The translations under genes were made by a program, and so were the position numbers. A stretch of DNA of 64,000 bases from contig CBDDDZ010000002.1 in NCBI GenBank assembly GCA_965226795.1, positions 32,001-96,000 on the forward strand. The letters run 5' to 3'. The stretch is from Candidatus Latescibacterota bacterium. GTDB lineage: Bacteria; Latescibacterota; UBA2968; GCA-2709665. Position 1 is the stretch's first letter. Every line of letters starts with the position of its first letter. Positions 46,667 through 58,100 of this stretch are shown here, in pieces. Under the pieces are notes generated by a model. It saw only the letters and a list, made by a program, of their open reading frames with translations, searched no databases and was not told the origin of the DNA.

Positions 46667-49138
46667 ATGGACACCGGACATCGATTCCAGCCTGTCCTTC
46701 TTCAGCAATTCTGTACCGCTGTTCTATTGCTTGGATTGAGCGTTTCGGCGACAGCGGGCTCGCTTTCGAGCAGGGATTCAATACTCGCCCTCGGGGAACG
46801 GCAGAATGATAGCCGCCAACTCGGCGAGGCCGTGGAGACCTTCTCCCGGCTCGCCGAAACCTTTCCCGGAGACGCTCATATACTCACGCGCCTGGGCTAT
46901 GCGCAGCTCAAGATTCGGGACTTCGAGGCGGCAAAAGGGTCGTTTGAGGCAGCCCTGAAACTGGACGAAAAAAAAGCGGCGGCCCACGCAGGACTCGCGC
47001 TTTCCTACGCGGAGATGCCCGCGAAGGGGATCAGCGCCTTTCACAACTTCCGCCGGTCCGTCGGCGCGGCAAAAAAGGCCATTGAACTGGATCCCGAACA
47101 GGCGGGGGCCTACCGGGCGCTCGGAGAGGCGCACGAACGATTCAAGGAAAATTTTGAGAAGGCGCTTGAATATTTCGATACGTACCTGGAGATGGAGCCG
47201 GACGATCCGGACGGCCTGTATTATTTCGGATTGACATGCATCCAGGCCGAAGCCTACGACAAGATCGCTCGTCATTTAATTCCATATATGGAAGCGCACG
47301 CCGAGGAGACACGTCTGCTTCCCATCGCCGCGCAGGGCCATTTTTTCGAGGAGCAGTACGAGGAGGCGCTGGGTTATTTCGAACGGTATCTGGAGCGCGC
47401 CGACCCGTCGGAACGCGAACTTTACACCGATATCGCGAACGCGGCATCTGCGGAGGAACTCAGGGTATACACAGCGCTTTCGGATACAACGGCGCGCAGG
47501 AACTACCTGGAGCGGTTCTGGCTGCGGCGAGACCCCGATTTGATGACCCGGGTCAACGAGCGCATCGTCGAGCATTATCGCAGGGTATGGTACGCCCGCG
47601 CTTTTTTTGCGGAGAAGATCTCGCCCTGGGACAAGCGCGGGGAAGTCTACATCCGTTACGGCAAGCCGGACTACCGGTCGCGGTCCTACGATCGCGACCT
47701 GACCCTTACGCCCGCGGTAGAGGCGGTTCGCATGCGCATGGCAGCCAGTCTCTATGGGGCCGAGGCTTCGTTTATGACGTTCACCGGTCCGGTTTTTCCA
47801 ATCCGGGCGTTCCGACATCCCATTACCCAGCGCACGCTGGACGACCTCCACGGTTTCGGTTCCGCCGATCAGCGCGACGCCAGTTTTCAGGAGGACGGCT
47901 TCACCTCCAATACCGATGCCGCGAATGAAGAGGAATTTCAGGAACGCGACCTGGAAGGAACCCCGCCGACCACCCCGCTCACCAGGAGCGACTATGATGA
48001 CCAGGACGGGGCGCGGTTCGACGAGTTCGGAAATCAGATCGCCCGGATCAAGTTCGGCGATTACATCCCCGTAACGATCCACACCGACCTGGCCACGGTC
48101 CCATGGGAAACCTGGATCTACACGCAGATACAGGGTGGAATCGAAATTGTGTTTACGGATGAGAACAAGAGCGGACAATTCAATTTCGCCCCGATTCCCC
48201 CGGTTACCTCCCTGAACAGGCAGCTCGCCAACGTGACCCGCCTGGTCAGCTTCGCGCCCGAGATCATATACCAGAATGCCACCAACGAAACCCCCGACTA
48301 CTACCGGCCCGGAATTCACGGCCCCGCGCTCAACTTCTATTACGATCTGGCCAATTTCCAGGGTTCCGGCGGGGGGACAGACGTTGAAGTCTACTACGGG
48401 ATTCCACCGGAACAGGTCGAGATTGCCCAACAGGCCGATTCCGCGCAGGTACGGGTGCAGTGCGCCATGGCCCTGGCCGACGAGGCGCACACCACGATCT
48501 ACCGGGATACCCGGGAATTTGTCTATCAGGGGCGGGCGGACTTCGCCACGGGAAAAGGCGCGTTTCTGCCCGAAATGCTCAAGATCCGGGTCCCGCCCGG
48601 GAAATACGAACTCCAGGTACAGATAAAGGACCTGGCTTCCGGACATACCGGGCTCTACAAACAGGCTCTCCAGGTTCCTGACTACAACGTCGAACAGCTT
48701 AAGATCAGCGATATCCTGCTGGCTTCGGAAATCGGCGACGTGGATTCATCCGGCAAGTTCAGCAGGGGCGATATCCGAGTCGTACCGATGCCCACGAGAA
48801 ATTACAGGAAGGCGCAGAAGGTGTATGCATACTACGAGATTTATAACCTTCAGAAGAACCGTTTCGGGCAGACCGACTACGAGGTTAAATACCTCGTCCG
48901 CACGGCTGTCGGGCGGTCGGAAGGCGTGGCGGGCGCCGTTGCTTCGCTCTTCAAGCGCAGGAAAACGCAGGTATCCGTTTCGTACGAACATGCCGGAACG
49001 GCCTCCACCGAACGGCAATACTTTGAAATCGACCTCGATAGAGCAAAGCCGGGTGTTCAGGTCCTGGAGGTGAAAATCACGGACAGGGTCAGCGGAGACA
49101 GCGAGAACCGCGAGATTCAGTTTCGATACGGGATCTGA
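46667..49138 (+). CDS. TPR plus GWxTD-like domain protein
   Basis: FWLRRDPDLMTRVNERIVEHYRRVWYA..PWDKRGEVYIRYGKPD..WETWIY; N-terminal TPRs; ISDILLA. Confidence 0.85.
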   Translation: MDTGHRFQPVLLQQFCTAVLLLGLSVSATAGSLSSRDSILALGERQNDSRQLGEAVETFSRLAETFPGDAHILTRLGYAQLKIRDFEAAKGSFEAALKLDEKKAAAHAGLALSYAEMPAKGISAFHNFRRSVGAAKKAIELDPEQAGAYRALGEAHERFKENFEKALEYFDTYLEMEPDDPDGLYYFGLTCIQAEAYDKIARHLIPYMEAHAEETRLLPIAAQGHFFEEQYEEALGYFERYLERADPSERELYTDIANAASAEELRVYTALSDTTARRNYLERFWLRRDPDLMTRVNERIVEHYRRVWYARAFFAEKISPWDKRGEVYIRYGKPDYRSRSYDRDLTLTPAVEAVRMRMAASLYGAEASFMTFTGPVFPIRAFRHPITQRTLDDLHGFGSADQRDASFQEDGFTSNTDAANEEEFQERDLEGTPPTTPLTRSDYDDQDGARFDEFGNQIARIKFGDYIPVTIHTDLATVPWETWIYTQIQGGIEIVFTDENKSGQFNFAPIPPVTSLNRQLANVTRLVSFAPEIIYQNATNETPDYYRPGIHGPALNFYYDLANFQGSGGGTDVEVYYGIPPEQVEIAQQADSAQVRVQCAMALADEAHTTIYRDTREFVYQGRADFATGKGAFLPEMLKIRVPPGKYELQVQIKDLASGHTGLYKQALQVPDYNVEQLKISDILLASEIGDVDSSGKFSRGDIRVVPMPTRNYRKAQKVYAYYEIYNLQKNRFGQTDYEVKYLVRTAVGRSEGVAGAVASLFKRRKTQVSVSYEHAGTASTERQYFEIDLDRAKPGVQVLEVKITDRVSGDSENREIQFRYGI

Positions 49139-49184
49139 TACCAGGGCGGGCGCGGTAGATCGAGCGCCGCCCCCAGGGGGAGGA

Positions 49185-49222
49185 ATGCAAGTAGGGCGCA
49201 GCGTACTGCGCCCTACTTGCAT
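49185..49222. repeat. GTAG-type REP-like perfect hairpin
   Basis: ATGCAAGTAGGGCGCAG-cgta-CTGCGCCCTACTTGCAT, 17-bp stem. Confidence 0.7.
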
Positions 49223-49332
49223 CTGAATAGGCTCCCGACGAGAAGAAGAACCGTGTCGGATGAGGTAGAACGGATTGGTTGACCGGAGACGTGGCAACCC
49301 ACGCAGGATTGTCATCAGGGAGGAGGCGGACA

Positions 49333-50313
49333 ATGTCGGAACTCCGTGCGGGACTGATCGGATGCGGCGCGATCGGGAATGTACATTCCGAGGCGGTTGC
49401 AGGGCTGGACGGCATCCGCATGCTGGCGTTTTGCGACGTGGCTGAAGAGAAGGCACAAGCGTTGTGCGCTCGCTACGGGGGAACCTACGCGACCGTCGAT
49501 GCGAACCGCATATTTTCCGACGCTTCGCTGGACGTCGTCTATATCTGCACGCACCATGACACCCATGCCGACTTTTGTATCCGCGCCGCGGAGGCGGGGA
49601 AACATATGCTGGTTGAAAAACCCCTGGCGCTGACGGTTGAAGACTGCCGGAGGATCGGGGACGCGGTGGAGCGGCATAGAGTCAAGCTGTTTACGGCCTT
49701 CAAGATGCGATACTACCCGATGGTACAGAAGGCCCGCGAGCTTGTTCCCGAACCGTTGATGGTGGTGATGCAGATGATGGATAACCGATGGGGGGATACC
49801 TGGGCAAACGATCCCATCCTGGGAGGAGGCAACGTATATAGCCAGGGATGCCATTCGTGCGATATCCTGCGATACGTGGCCGGGTCCGATCCGGTGGAGG
49901 TCTACGCGGCTGGCGGGAATTATTATCAGAAAAACGGGAGGTTGGACAATCTGACGGCCACGTTCCGGTTCGAAAACGGCGCTTCGGGATGCTGGATCCA
50001 GGGCGACGCAAACCAACCGGCCCTGACCGGCAAATTGTTCCTGGAGATGTTTTCCGAAAACCGGTCCGTTACCCTTACCGACCGGTTCTGTACGCTGACG
50101 TATACGGAGACGGGGAAGGAGCCGGAGGTATACCGCGGCGAAGAGGGTGGATTCGTCGAGGAGAACCGGCTGTTTGTTGAAGCGCTGCGAACCGGCGCAC
50201 CCATGGCCGCGGACCATGTGGACGGGTTGATGGCCACGCTGATGATGATTCAGGCCGGACGGAGCATCGAAAACGGGCGGCCGGAGCACGTTGCGTCGCT
50301 CGCAAGGGTTTGA
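49333..50313 (+). CDS. Gfo/Idh/MocA family oxidoreductase
   Basis: GLIGCGAIG, LVEKPLA, GCHSCD; AGGAGG RBS. Confidence 0.92.
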   Translation: MSELRAGLIGCGAIGNVHSEAVAGLDGIRMLAFCDVAEEKAQALCARYGGTYATVDANRIFSDASLDVVYICTHHDTHADFCIRAAEAGKHMLVEKPLALTVEDCRRIGDAVERHRVKLFTAFKMRYYPMVQKARELVPEPLMVVMQMMDNRWGDTWANDPILGGGNVYSQGCHSCDILRYVAGSDPVEVYAAGGNYYQKNGRLDNLTATFRFENGASGCWIQGDANQPALTGKLFLEMFSENRSVTLTDRFCTLTYTETGKEPEVYRGEEGGFVEENRLFVEALRTGAPMAADHVDGLMATLMMIQAGRSIENGRPEHVASLARV

Positions 50314-50343
50314 GGCGGCCACTGGGCGCCCCGGAGACAGGAT

Positions 50344-52593
50344 ATGAGATCGAGCCGCGGAAACGGGTATCTGGCCTACCTTGTTATCGCTGTCGTGATT
50401 GTGTCTGCTGGCGCGGATACGAAACGACCCGTCATCCATACGCAGGCAGTGGGCACGCGGGTCATGGCCGAGCGCCTGGAAACGATCGCCCGAAACGTCG
50501 ACCCAGAACTGAATATCTATGCAAACGTGGAACGTGCGCGTCACCTCCGCCGCAGGTTGGCGCAGCCCTTCGAGCCAGGGGAACAGGTGATGGTCCGCGC
50601 GCTTCTTGCACAGGAGCTGCTGAATGCGGGGGAGACCGGGGAGGCGATCCGCCACTTCCGGGAAGTCGGGGCGGATGTGGCTCGGGATCCGACCATTTTT
50701 CCCCCGGGGTTTGAGGAAACGATTGCGGAACTGCTGGCCATCTCGCACATGCGGATCGGCGAGCAGGAGAACTGCGTCGCCCACGGGGGCATCGAGGCCT
50801 GTCTGCTGCCCATCGGAAGCACCGGCGTACATACCCGGCAACGCGGATCACGGGGCGCCATAGACGCCTATAGGGCGATCCTCAACCGGGATGCGGGCGA
50901 CCTGACGGCACGGTGGCTGCTGAACGTGGCGTATATGACAGTTGGAGAGTACCCGAGCGGTGTGCCCGAAACGTGGATTATCCCCCCGGAAGCATTCGAG
51001 TCGGATTACGATATCGGGCGATTCAGAGACGTGGCGCCAGCGACCGGCCTCGACGTTATGGGTCTGGCAGGGGGCTGCGTAATGGAAGATTTCGACGGCG
51101 ACGGATTTCTGGACCTGATGGTATCCTCCTGGGGGCTGCGAGACCAGATCAGATTCTTCCGGAACGATGGCGACGGCACGTTCTCGGACCGCACGGTGTT
51201 CGCGGGTTTGACGGGAATCGTCGGCGGGTTGAACCTGGTCCACGCCGATTACGATAACGACGGATATCCCGATGTACTCGTGTTGCGCGGGGCGTGGTTG
51301 AAACGAGCAGGAGCCCATCCGAATTCGCTGCTGCGAAACAATGGGGACGGTACGTTCGCCGATGTGACGGAGGAGGCGGGATTGCTCAGTTTTCATCCCA
51401 CGCAGACCGCCGCCTGGGGTGATTACGACAACGACGGATGGGTGGACCTGTTTATCGGAAACGAAACGGCCGACGGTGACGTTCACCCATGCGAACTCTT
51501 TCGCAACAACGGAGACGGTACGTTCGCGGACGTGGCGCGTGAGGCGGGGGTCGCGATCCAGGGGTACGTGAAAGGGTGCGTCTGGGGAGACTTCGACAAC
51601 GACGGGTTCCCGGATCTTTACGTTTCACGCCTGCTGGAGCCCAATCTGCTCTTCCGAAACGTCGGGGCGCATTCCGGTCGACGGCGTTTCTCGGATATGA
51701 GCGAAGCGGCCGGCGTTACGGAGCCGCTGAACAGCTTCCCGGCGTGGTTCTGGGACTACAATAATGACGGCTGGCTGGATCTGTTCGTATCCGGATACCG
51801 CGCCAACTCGGGCGACGTTGCGGCCGACTACCTTGGGATTGACACTGGCGCGGAACGCCCCAGGCTTTACCGCAACCGGGGGAACGGTACGTTCGCGGAT
51901 GTGACAGGGGAATGCGGCCTGGATAAGGTACTGTATACCATGGGGTGCAATTTCGGCGACCTGGACAATGACGGTTTTCAGGATTTCTACGTCGGCACCG
52001 GCGACCCCGACTACCGGGAGATCATGCCGAACCGGATGTTCCGCAACGCGGAAGGCGGATTTTTCCAGGATGTGACGACCTCGGGTGGTTTTGGACACTT
52101 GCAGAAAGGGCACGGCGTGGCCTTTGGAGACATCGACAACGACGGCGACCAGGACATCTTCGCCGTGATGGGCGGGGCGTATTCGGGCGACGTATTTCAG
52201 AACGTGCTTTTCGAGAATCCGGGACACGACAACCGCTGGGTGGTGCTGAAGCTGGAGGGTTTGCGCTCCAACCGTGCGGCGATCGGTGCGCGGATTGTGG
52301 TACGCGTTGAACGGGGCGACGGGGTTTACGAAATCCACGCCAGCGTTACCGCTGGAGGAAGCTTCGGGTCCTCCGGATTGCAACAGGAGATCGGGCTCGG
52401 CCAGGCAACGGACATCCGGGAGGTACGGGTGACGTGGCCCGCCACAGGTGAGGTCCAGATCTTCAAAGACGTCGAAATGGACCGGGCATTCCGCGTAAGT
52501 GAGGGTGACCCCACGCTCGCGCCCATGCCACTCAAACGCCTGCGCATGTCTCCCATGACGGGACAGGAACGCGCTTCTCACCATCATAACTGA
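50344..52593 (+). CDS. CRTAC1-family protein (FG-GAP repeats plus ASPIC/UnbV) with helical N-terminal extension
   Basis: DFDGDGFLD, DYDNDGYPD, GHLQKGHG, SNRAAIGARI, GGSFGSS..EIGLG. Confidence 0.9.
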   Translation: MRSSRGNGYLAYLVIAVVIVSAGADTKRPVIHTQAVGTRVMAERLETIARNVDPELNIYANVERARHLRRRLAQPFEPGEQVMVRALLAQELLNAGETGEAIRHFREVGADVARDPTIFPPGFEETIAELLAISHMRIGEQENCVAHGGIEACLLPIGSTGVHTRQRGSRGAIDAYRAILNRDAGDLTARWLLNVAYMTVGEYPSGVPETWIIPPEAFESDYDIGRFRDVAPATGLDVMGLAGGCVMEDFDGDGFLDLMVSSWGLRDQIRFFRNDGDGTFSDRTVFAGLTGIVGGLNLVHADYDNDGYPDVLVLRGAWLKRAGAHPNSLLRNNGDGTFADVTEEAGLLSFHPTQTAAWGDYDNDGWVDLFIGNETADGDVHPCELFRNNGDGTFADVAREAGVAIQGYVKGCVWGDFDNDGFPDLYVSRLLEPNLLFRNVGAHSGRRRFSDMSEAAGVTEPLNSFPAWFWDYNNDGWLDLFVSGYRANSGDVAADYLGIDTGAERPRLYRNRGNGTFADVTGECGLDKVLYTMGCNFGDLDNDGFQDFYVGTGDPDYREIMPNRMFRNAEGGFFQDVTTSGGFGHLQKGHGVAFGDIDNDGDQDIFAVMGGAYSGDVFQNVLFENPGHDNRWVVLKLEGLRSNRAAIGARIVVRVERGDGVYEIHASVTAGGSFGSSGLQQEIGLGQATDIREVRVTWPATGEVQIFKDVEMDRAFRVSEGDPTLAPMPLKRLRMSPMTGQERASHHHN

Positions 52594-52613
52594 TAGCATC
52601 GTGAGGTGACGCC

Positions 52614-54968
52614 ATGAAAGAGCACAGACATCCGCACCCGCACAGAGATCCGCGCCAGCCCAGGGCAGACGGCAGGCCGGGGACCAATCCTCCCGTTTTT
52701 GCGTGGCTGCCCGTCAAGAACCCGTCCGGGTACCGCCTGCAGGTGGCGCGAGATTCGAGCTTTGAGAACATCTGCCTGGACAAGGGGGGTTTGCATGATC
52801 CCCTGTTCCTTCCTGAAACGGCATTTGAGCCCGGGAGGTATTTCTGGCGGTGGTCCGCGGCGCCCGCCGCAACGTCCGAGGTCTTCGCATTTGAAATCGG
52901 GCCCGAGGCCGCTGTGGTGGAGGTGCCGCCGGCAGGCGAGTGGCTGAAGCGATTCCCGGCGGACCACCCGCGCATCTACCTCCGCCCGGAGGAGGTGCCG
53001 GCGCTCCGGGCGGCAGCACACCGCGAACGGGCTTCCGCGTGGGAGGGCCTGCGGGGGCACGCCGAGGCCGTGTTGGCCGAACCGCATGAGATCGACGAGC
53101 CGCCCTTTCTCCCGGATCGAAGCGAGAACTATCAGAAATACTACGAGACCTGGGCGCCGGTGATGTGGAGTTCCAGGCGCTTCGTGAAAGGCGCCGAGAC
53201 CCTGGCGCTGGCTTATCTGGTGGGCGGGGAGGACCGATATGCCCGTGCCGCCTGCCGGAGGATGGCGTCCATATCCCGCTGGGATCCGGAGGGGTCCAGC
53301 CACCTTGCCCACAATGACGAAGCCCACATGTCGGTGATCTGGAACGGTTCGAACGCATGCGACTGGGTATGGGACCGTTTTACTGACGAGGAACGCGAGG
53401 CCGTTGTGACGCAATTCCGGCAGCGTGGTCAGATTACGTTCGAGCATATGCACAACAGGGGATCCTACGGGGTGACGCGTTTCGACTCGCACGCCGGGCG
53501 TGAGATCGTGTTCCTGGCGCACATCGCGCTGGTGTTTCACGATTACATTCCCGAAGCGCAGTCGTGGCTGGAATGGTTGAGGCCGGTGCTGTGCGGCGTG
53601 TGGCCGATCTGGGCGGGTGACGACGGGGCATGGGCGGAAGGACCTTCATACGGATTGGCTTACGTGACGATCATGTCCATGTTCGCCACGACGCTGAAGC
53701 GGGGTGCGGGCGTGGACCTGTACCGGCGGCCCTTCTGGAGAAACCACGCCCGATGGCGTCAGTACTGTCTTCCCCCTTATGCGGAATGGATGGGATTCGG
53801 CGACCATACGGAGCGTTGGGCGGGCACCTGGAGGTCCAATGCGGATCTGGTGGATCTGATCGGCCGCGAGACGGAGACGGGTGAGTTCACGGGATACGTG
53901 AAGGCGTTCCGGGCGGAGGCGGAGCACATGCAGACGCCGGCGGAACGGCGAAGTTCGGGTGTTACGTCACAGCTCTTCCTGGCCGCGACTGAAAAAGAGT
54001 CCCCGCCGGCCGACGCAGTGGATTCAACGTTCCGCGTGTTCCCGGCCGCCGGGTGGGCAGCGGTACGAACCGATCTGAACGACCCGGCGCGCGATGTCGC
54101 GCTGATCTTCCGCTCTTCACCCCTCGGCGCCATCAGTCATTCTCACGCCAACAACAACGATTTCATTCTGCACGCGGGCGGCAGGGTGATGGCGATGCCG
54201 AGCGGCTATTACGCCGGGTACGGTTCGGACCACCATACGCACTGGGTGTGGCACACCCGTTCCCACAACTGCGTGACGCTTTCGGACGCCTCCCAGATCA
54301 TGCGATCGCACAATTCGAGGGGCAAGATCGAGAACGCCTTCGAAGACGAGCGGCTCATTTACTTTGTGGGAAACGCGGATGCCAGCTACAGCGACCGCGC
54401 GGAACGGTGCCGGCGGCACGTATTCTTCCTGAGGGCGCAGAGCTGTTTTGTGATGATCGACGAGTTTGCCGCGGTTTCGGGCATCGATTCGGCGTTGCAG
54501 TGGAACATCCACTCGTGGAATCGTTTCGTGGTGGACGAGGAGGAAAGAACCTTCCTGCTGGAGCGTGATGGGAGTTCCCTGGAGGGGCATTTTATGTATC
54601 ACAACAACGGGTTTTTCTCCCTGAGCGAGGGGTGGGACCCCCCGCCCATGCGTACGGGCAAGGACGAATCACAGTGGCACCAGCAATATCATCTGAGGTT
54701 TACGCCATCCGGCATCGTAAGCCGCCGGAACCTGGGCGTCGTGTTATGTCCAGGGCATGGGTTGCTCGGCCGTGCGGTGGTGCAGACCGAGCGTTCAGGT
54801 GAAACGGAAGTCGCGCGGATCGGGGACGACCTGGTGCTGGTGGGTGGTCGGGATGGCGTGGCGTACGGCGACCATCGCTCCGACGGGCTGGCGCTGGCAG
54901 TCGTGCAGGGCCGGCGGTATGAACTTCGAGATGAGGGCCTTGTTACGGGACGTAGTGAGATGCACTGA
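52614..54968 (+). CDS. DUF4962 plus heparinase II/III-like protein (oligo-uronate lyase-like)
   Basis: HPRIYL, DSHAGRE, DGAWAEGPSYG, SHSHANNNDF, TRSHNCV. No signal peptide. Confidence 0.85.
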   Translation: MKEHRHPHPHRDPRQPRADGRPGTNPPVFAWLPVKNPSGYRLQVARDSSFENICLDKGGLHDPLFLPETAFEPGRYFWRWSAAPAATSEVFAFEIGPEAAVVEVPPAGEWLKRFPADHPRIYLRPEEVPALRAAAHRERASAWEGLRGHAEAVLAEPHEIDEPPFLPDRSENYQKYYETWAPVMWSSRRFVKGAETLALAYLVGGEDRYARAACRRMASISRWDPEGSSHLAHNDEAHMSVIWNGSNACDWVWDRFTDEEREAVVTQFRQRGQITFEHMHNRGSYGVTRFDSHAGREIVFLAHIALVFHDYIPEAQSWLEWLRPVLCGVWPIWAGDDGAWAEGPSYGLAYVTIMSMFATTLKRGAGVDLYRRPFWRNHARWRQYCLPPYAEWMGFGDHTERWAGTWRSNADLVDLIGRETETGEFTGYVKAFRAEAEHMQTPAERRSSGVTSQLFLAATEKESPPADAVDSTFRVFPAAGWAAVRTDLNDPARDVALIFRSSPLGAISHSHANNNDFILHAGGRVMAMPSGYYAGYGSDHHTHWVWHTRSHNCVTLSDASQIMRSHNSRGKIENAFEDERLIYFVGNADASYSDRAERCRRHVFFLRAQSCFVMIDEFAAVSGIDSALQWNIHSWNRFVVDEEERTFLLERDGSSLEGHFMYHNNGFFSLSEGWDPPPMRTGKDESQWHQQYHLRFTPSGIVSRRNLGVVLCPGHGLLGRAVVQTERSGETEVARIGDDLVLVGGRDGVAYGDHRSDGLALAVVQGRRYELRDEGLVTGRSEMH

Positions 54969-55182
54969 CTTCAGGGTCGGTCGCCTGACGCTACCGATCA
55001 CGGTGCATCTTCAGCTGGTTGTACGCCCCGTCTGGTTTGGCTGTGCAGAAGGTGGGAGCGTGTTTGTCGTTCGGACTGCTCGGTAGAGGTCTGAGGCCTC
55101 GTATTTTCAACGTATCCCGGAGTCGTGTTTAATCTGTATTGGCGGAACAACCGCTTGAGGCTGTTTTAACGAGGAGGCGGCC

Positions 55183-58100
55183 GTGAAGAATGGACCGATG
55201 GGCCTGAAGGTGGGTGTGTTGAAAGACATGTGTCTTGAGACGGCGCTTGTGGTCAACGGCGAGCCTCAGGCGAAGATCGTCATCGGCCACGATGCGGCGC
55301 ACGAACGGCTGGCAACGAGAATCGTCGAGCGGGTCGAGGCGGCGACGGGCGGGCGGCTGGAGGTGGTCCGGGCGGGGGAGACGGCGGCGGGGATGCTGCT
55401 GGAGGGGCACGTCGTGGCGCTGGGAAATATGGCTGACAACGCCTTTATCCGGTGGCTGTATTACCAGTGGTGGGCGGTGGAAGACCGCTGTTATCCCGGC
55501 AGGGGCGGGTACGCGCTGCGGACCCTGCACAATCCTCTGGGGAACGGGAAGAACGTGGTTCTGGTCGGAGCCAGCGACGGTGCCGGGCTGGAGCGGGTTG
55601 TGTCGCGTTTTTTGGCGCTTGTACCCGGGGAAAGGACGCTCAGCGTGGGGCGGTTGATGGAGATCCGGCCGGGTTCCGAGTTCGACGCGTTCGGCTGTCC
55701 GCCGGAGGGCTGGTTGCAGGAGCGGCGGGATGACTTCATCGCGCGTGCCACCGCACCGCACGCTTCCGAATCAGGCGCGGGCTTTCAGCTGATATCGGAG
55801 GCGGGCGCGTACGGGTTGATGTATCACCGGACCGGGCACGACGCGTATGCCGCGGCCGTTCGGGAAATCGCGGACGCGCATCTGAGGATGGGCGAGCATG
55901 GGGTGATGGCGCACTTTCACGTCTGGTGGCTGGCGGTGATCTGGGACCTGATCGAGGAGAGCCCGGTGTTCTCGGACGAGGATCGGCTGAAGATCACGCA
56001 ATATCTGCTGTGGATCATGGATTCCACGGAGGGGGCGTATACCCAATTCTTCCGTCAGGGTGTGGGACACCGGATGATCCGGCAGAACCACCAGACGCTC
56101 GTGGCGCTGGCGGCGTGGTTCGGGGGGCGGTATTTTTCGACGCACTACGGTTTTGAGGAAGCGAAGGAGTGGATGACCGCGTCGGCGGACGTGTTCAAGG
56201 GGCAGGCGGTGTCGTTCAAGCCGATTGAGGATGCCAACGCCTATCAGTGGATGACGCTGGACCACATGTTGACCTATTCGCTGGCAAGCGGGGATACCAC
56301 GTATATCGACAACGGAAACTGCAAGCGGTCTCTGGACCAGGCGGTGTTTTACTGCAACAACCGGGGAGCGCTGCCCGCGTTTGGAGATACGGGCGCTCCG
56401 ATGGAAGGATACCCGACGAATTTCCTGGTCAAGGCAGGTCATGTTCTGCAGGATGGACGAGCGGCGTTCCTGCTCGGCAAACGGTTCGACAGGCCGTCGG
56501 ACTATTTTCGGCCGCAGCCGCCGGGAGAGCGCTACGAGAGCGTGAGCGATCCGTTGCTGGTGAGGAGTTTTGAGAAGTACTTCTGCGACGGACTGGCGCC
56601 CGAGGTTCCCGACGGTATGGCCGGCGTGCAGGTGCTGGAGGTCGCTGGCGGGTTCTACGATTTCGCGGAAGACCCGAAGGCGAAAGAGCGCGAAGTGAAG
56701 CCGATGAACCTGCAAAGGGAAGAGGCGTTCGATACGGTCTGTTTCCGGGAGGGGTTCGACCGGGAGGACCAGTATCTGATGCTGCACGGGATTTTTTACG
56801 GCAACCACAGCCACGAAGACGGGAATACCATACCGGAATTTTCGGCGAACGATCGGATATTTCTGGTGGATGCGTCGTATACGGAGGGTCCAACGCTTAA
56901 GCACCATAATGGCGTGACGGCGGTGCGGGATGGAGAGGCGTGGGACGTACCTGCACTGTGCCGGCTGGAGGGTGCGGCGGATCTGGGCCGTGTGGGCATG
57001 AGCCGGACGTCCGTGGCAGGGGACTGGGGCGCGTTGTGGGTTCGGAACGTGGTGTGGCGCCGGGGGCGTTGTTTTGTGGTGGTGGACGAGGTGGAAGCGA
57101 CAAAGGGGGGCGCGTTCGCGCTCCAGTGTCACTGGCGCACATTGGGGTCACCCGCTTTGAAGGACGGGACGCTTGAGGTGGTGCAGAAAGACCCGGACAG
57201 CGGCCGGGAAGATCGGTTTGTTTTGCAGAGCGTGGGCGGAGGCCGGTTGTCGCTGGAGCGTGACTGGGAGAATTTCGGCCATTGGTGGGATACATATCCC
57301 TATGCGGATGATTATGTGAATATCCTGCACGAGTCGGCGAACCGGGAGATGGCGGTCGGAGACCGGCACAGGTTTATCAACCTGTTCTACGCGTCGAATG
57401 CGCAGAAGCCCGTGGACGACCGGATGCGTCGCGTGGGCGATTCGGCCGTGGTGGTCGAGGGGTCGGACGGCCGGATGGTGGTGGGCACCGGGGCTGGGGA
57501 TGGGGCGTTTACGGTTGGGTCTCTTTCCGGCCGCGCCGGCATCTTCGCGGCCGGCGACGGGTGGTTTGCGCTGTGCAACGGGACGTTACTGTGTGCGCCA
57601 GGCGGGATCTTTGAAAGCGAGCTTCCTGTTTCGATCGAGTTCGACCTGGAGTCGGGTGAGGGCGTGGTGGTGGCGTCGGAACCTGCTGAGATCACACTGT
57701 GCGGAGAGCGGTTGCGCGTTACGGCGGGAAGGCAGGAGGTAAAAACGAAGGAGCCGGGGGTGGGTGTGTTGTCGCTGGGCGGGGTTGCAGACCTGCGGGG
57801 TTGGGAGGCGAGTCCTCCGGCACGTGCGCAGGCGGCGTCTGTTCCCGGGTTGCGCAGGGTTTGGACATACGATGCCGGTTCGGGTGTGCGCTGCGCCGCT
57901 GCCGGCGCGGACGGGGTGGTCCTGGGTACGGAGGATGGACGGGTGGCGGCTCTGGATGAAAACGGAAAGCCGGCCTGGTCCTTCCAGGCGGAGGGGAGCG
58001 TTCTTTCGGTGTGTGCGGTGGAACTTGACGGCCGGCGTTGTGTGATTGCGGGCGCGGACGACCGGCGCCTGTATCTGCTGGAGGAAGGCGGCGGCGTGCG

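Noticed and set aside
44906..52593. CRISPR-like or tandem DNA repeats
   Set aside because: The recurring GACTACGACAACGACGG-type words are codons of FG-GAP DxDxDG protein repeats.
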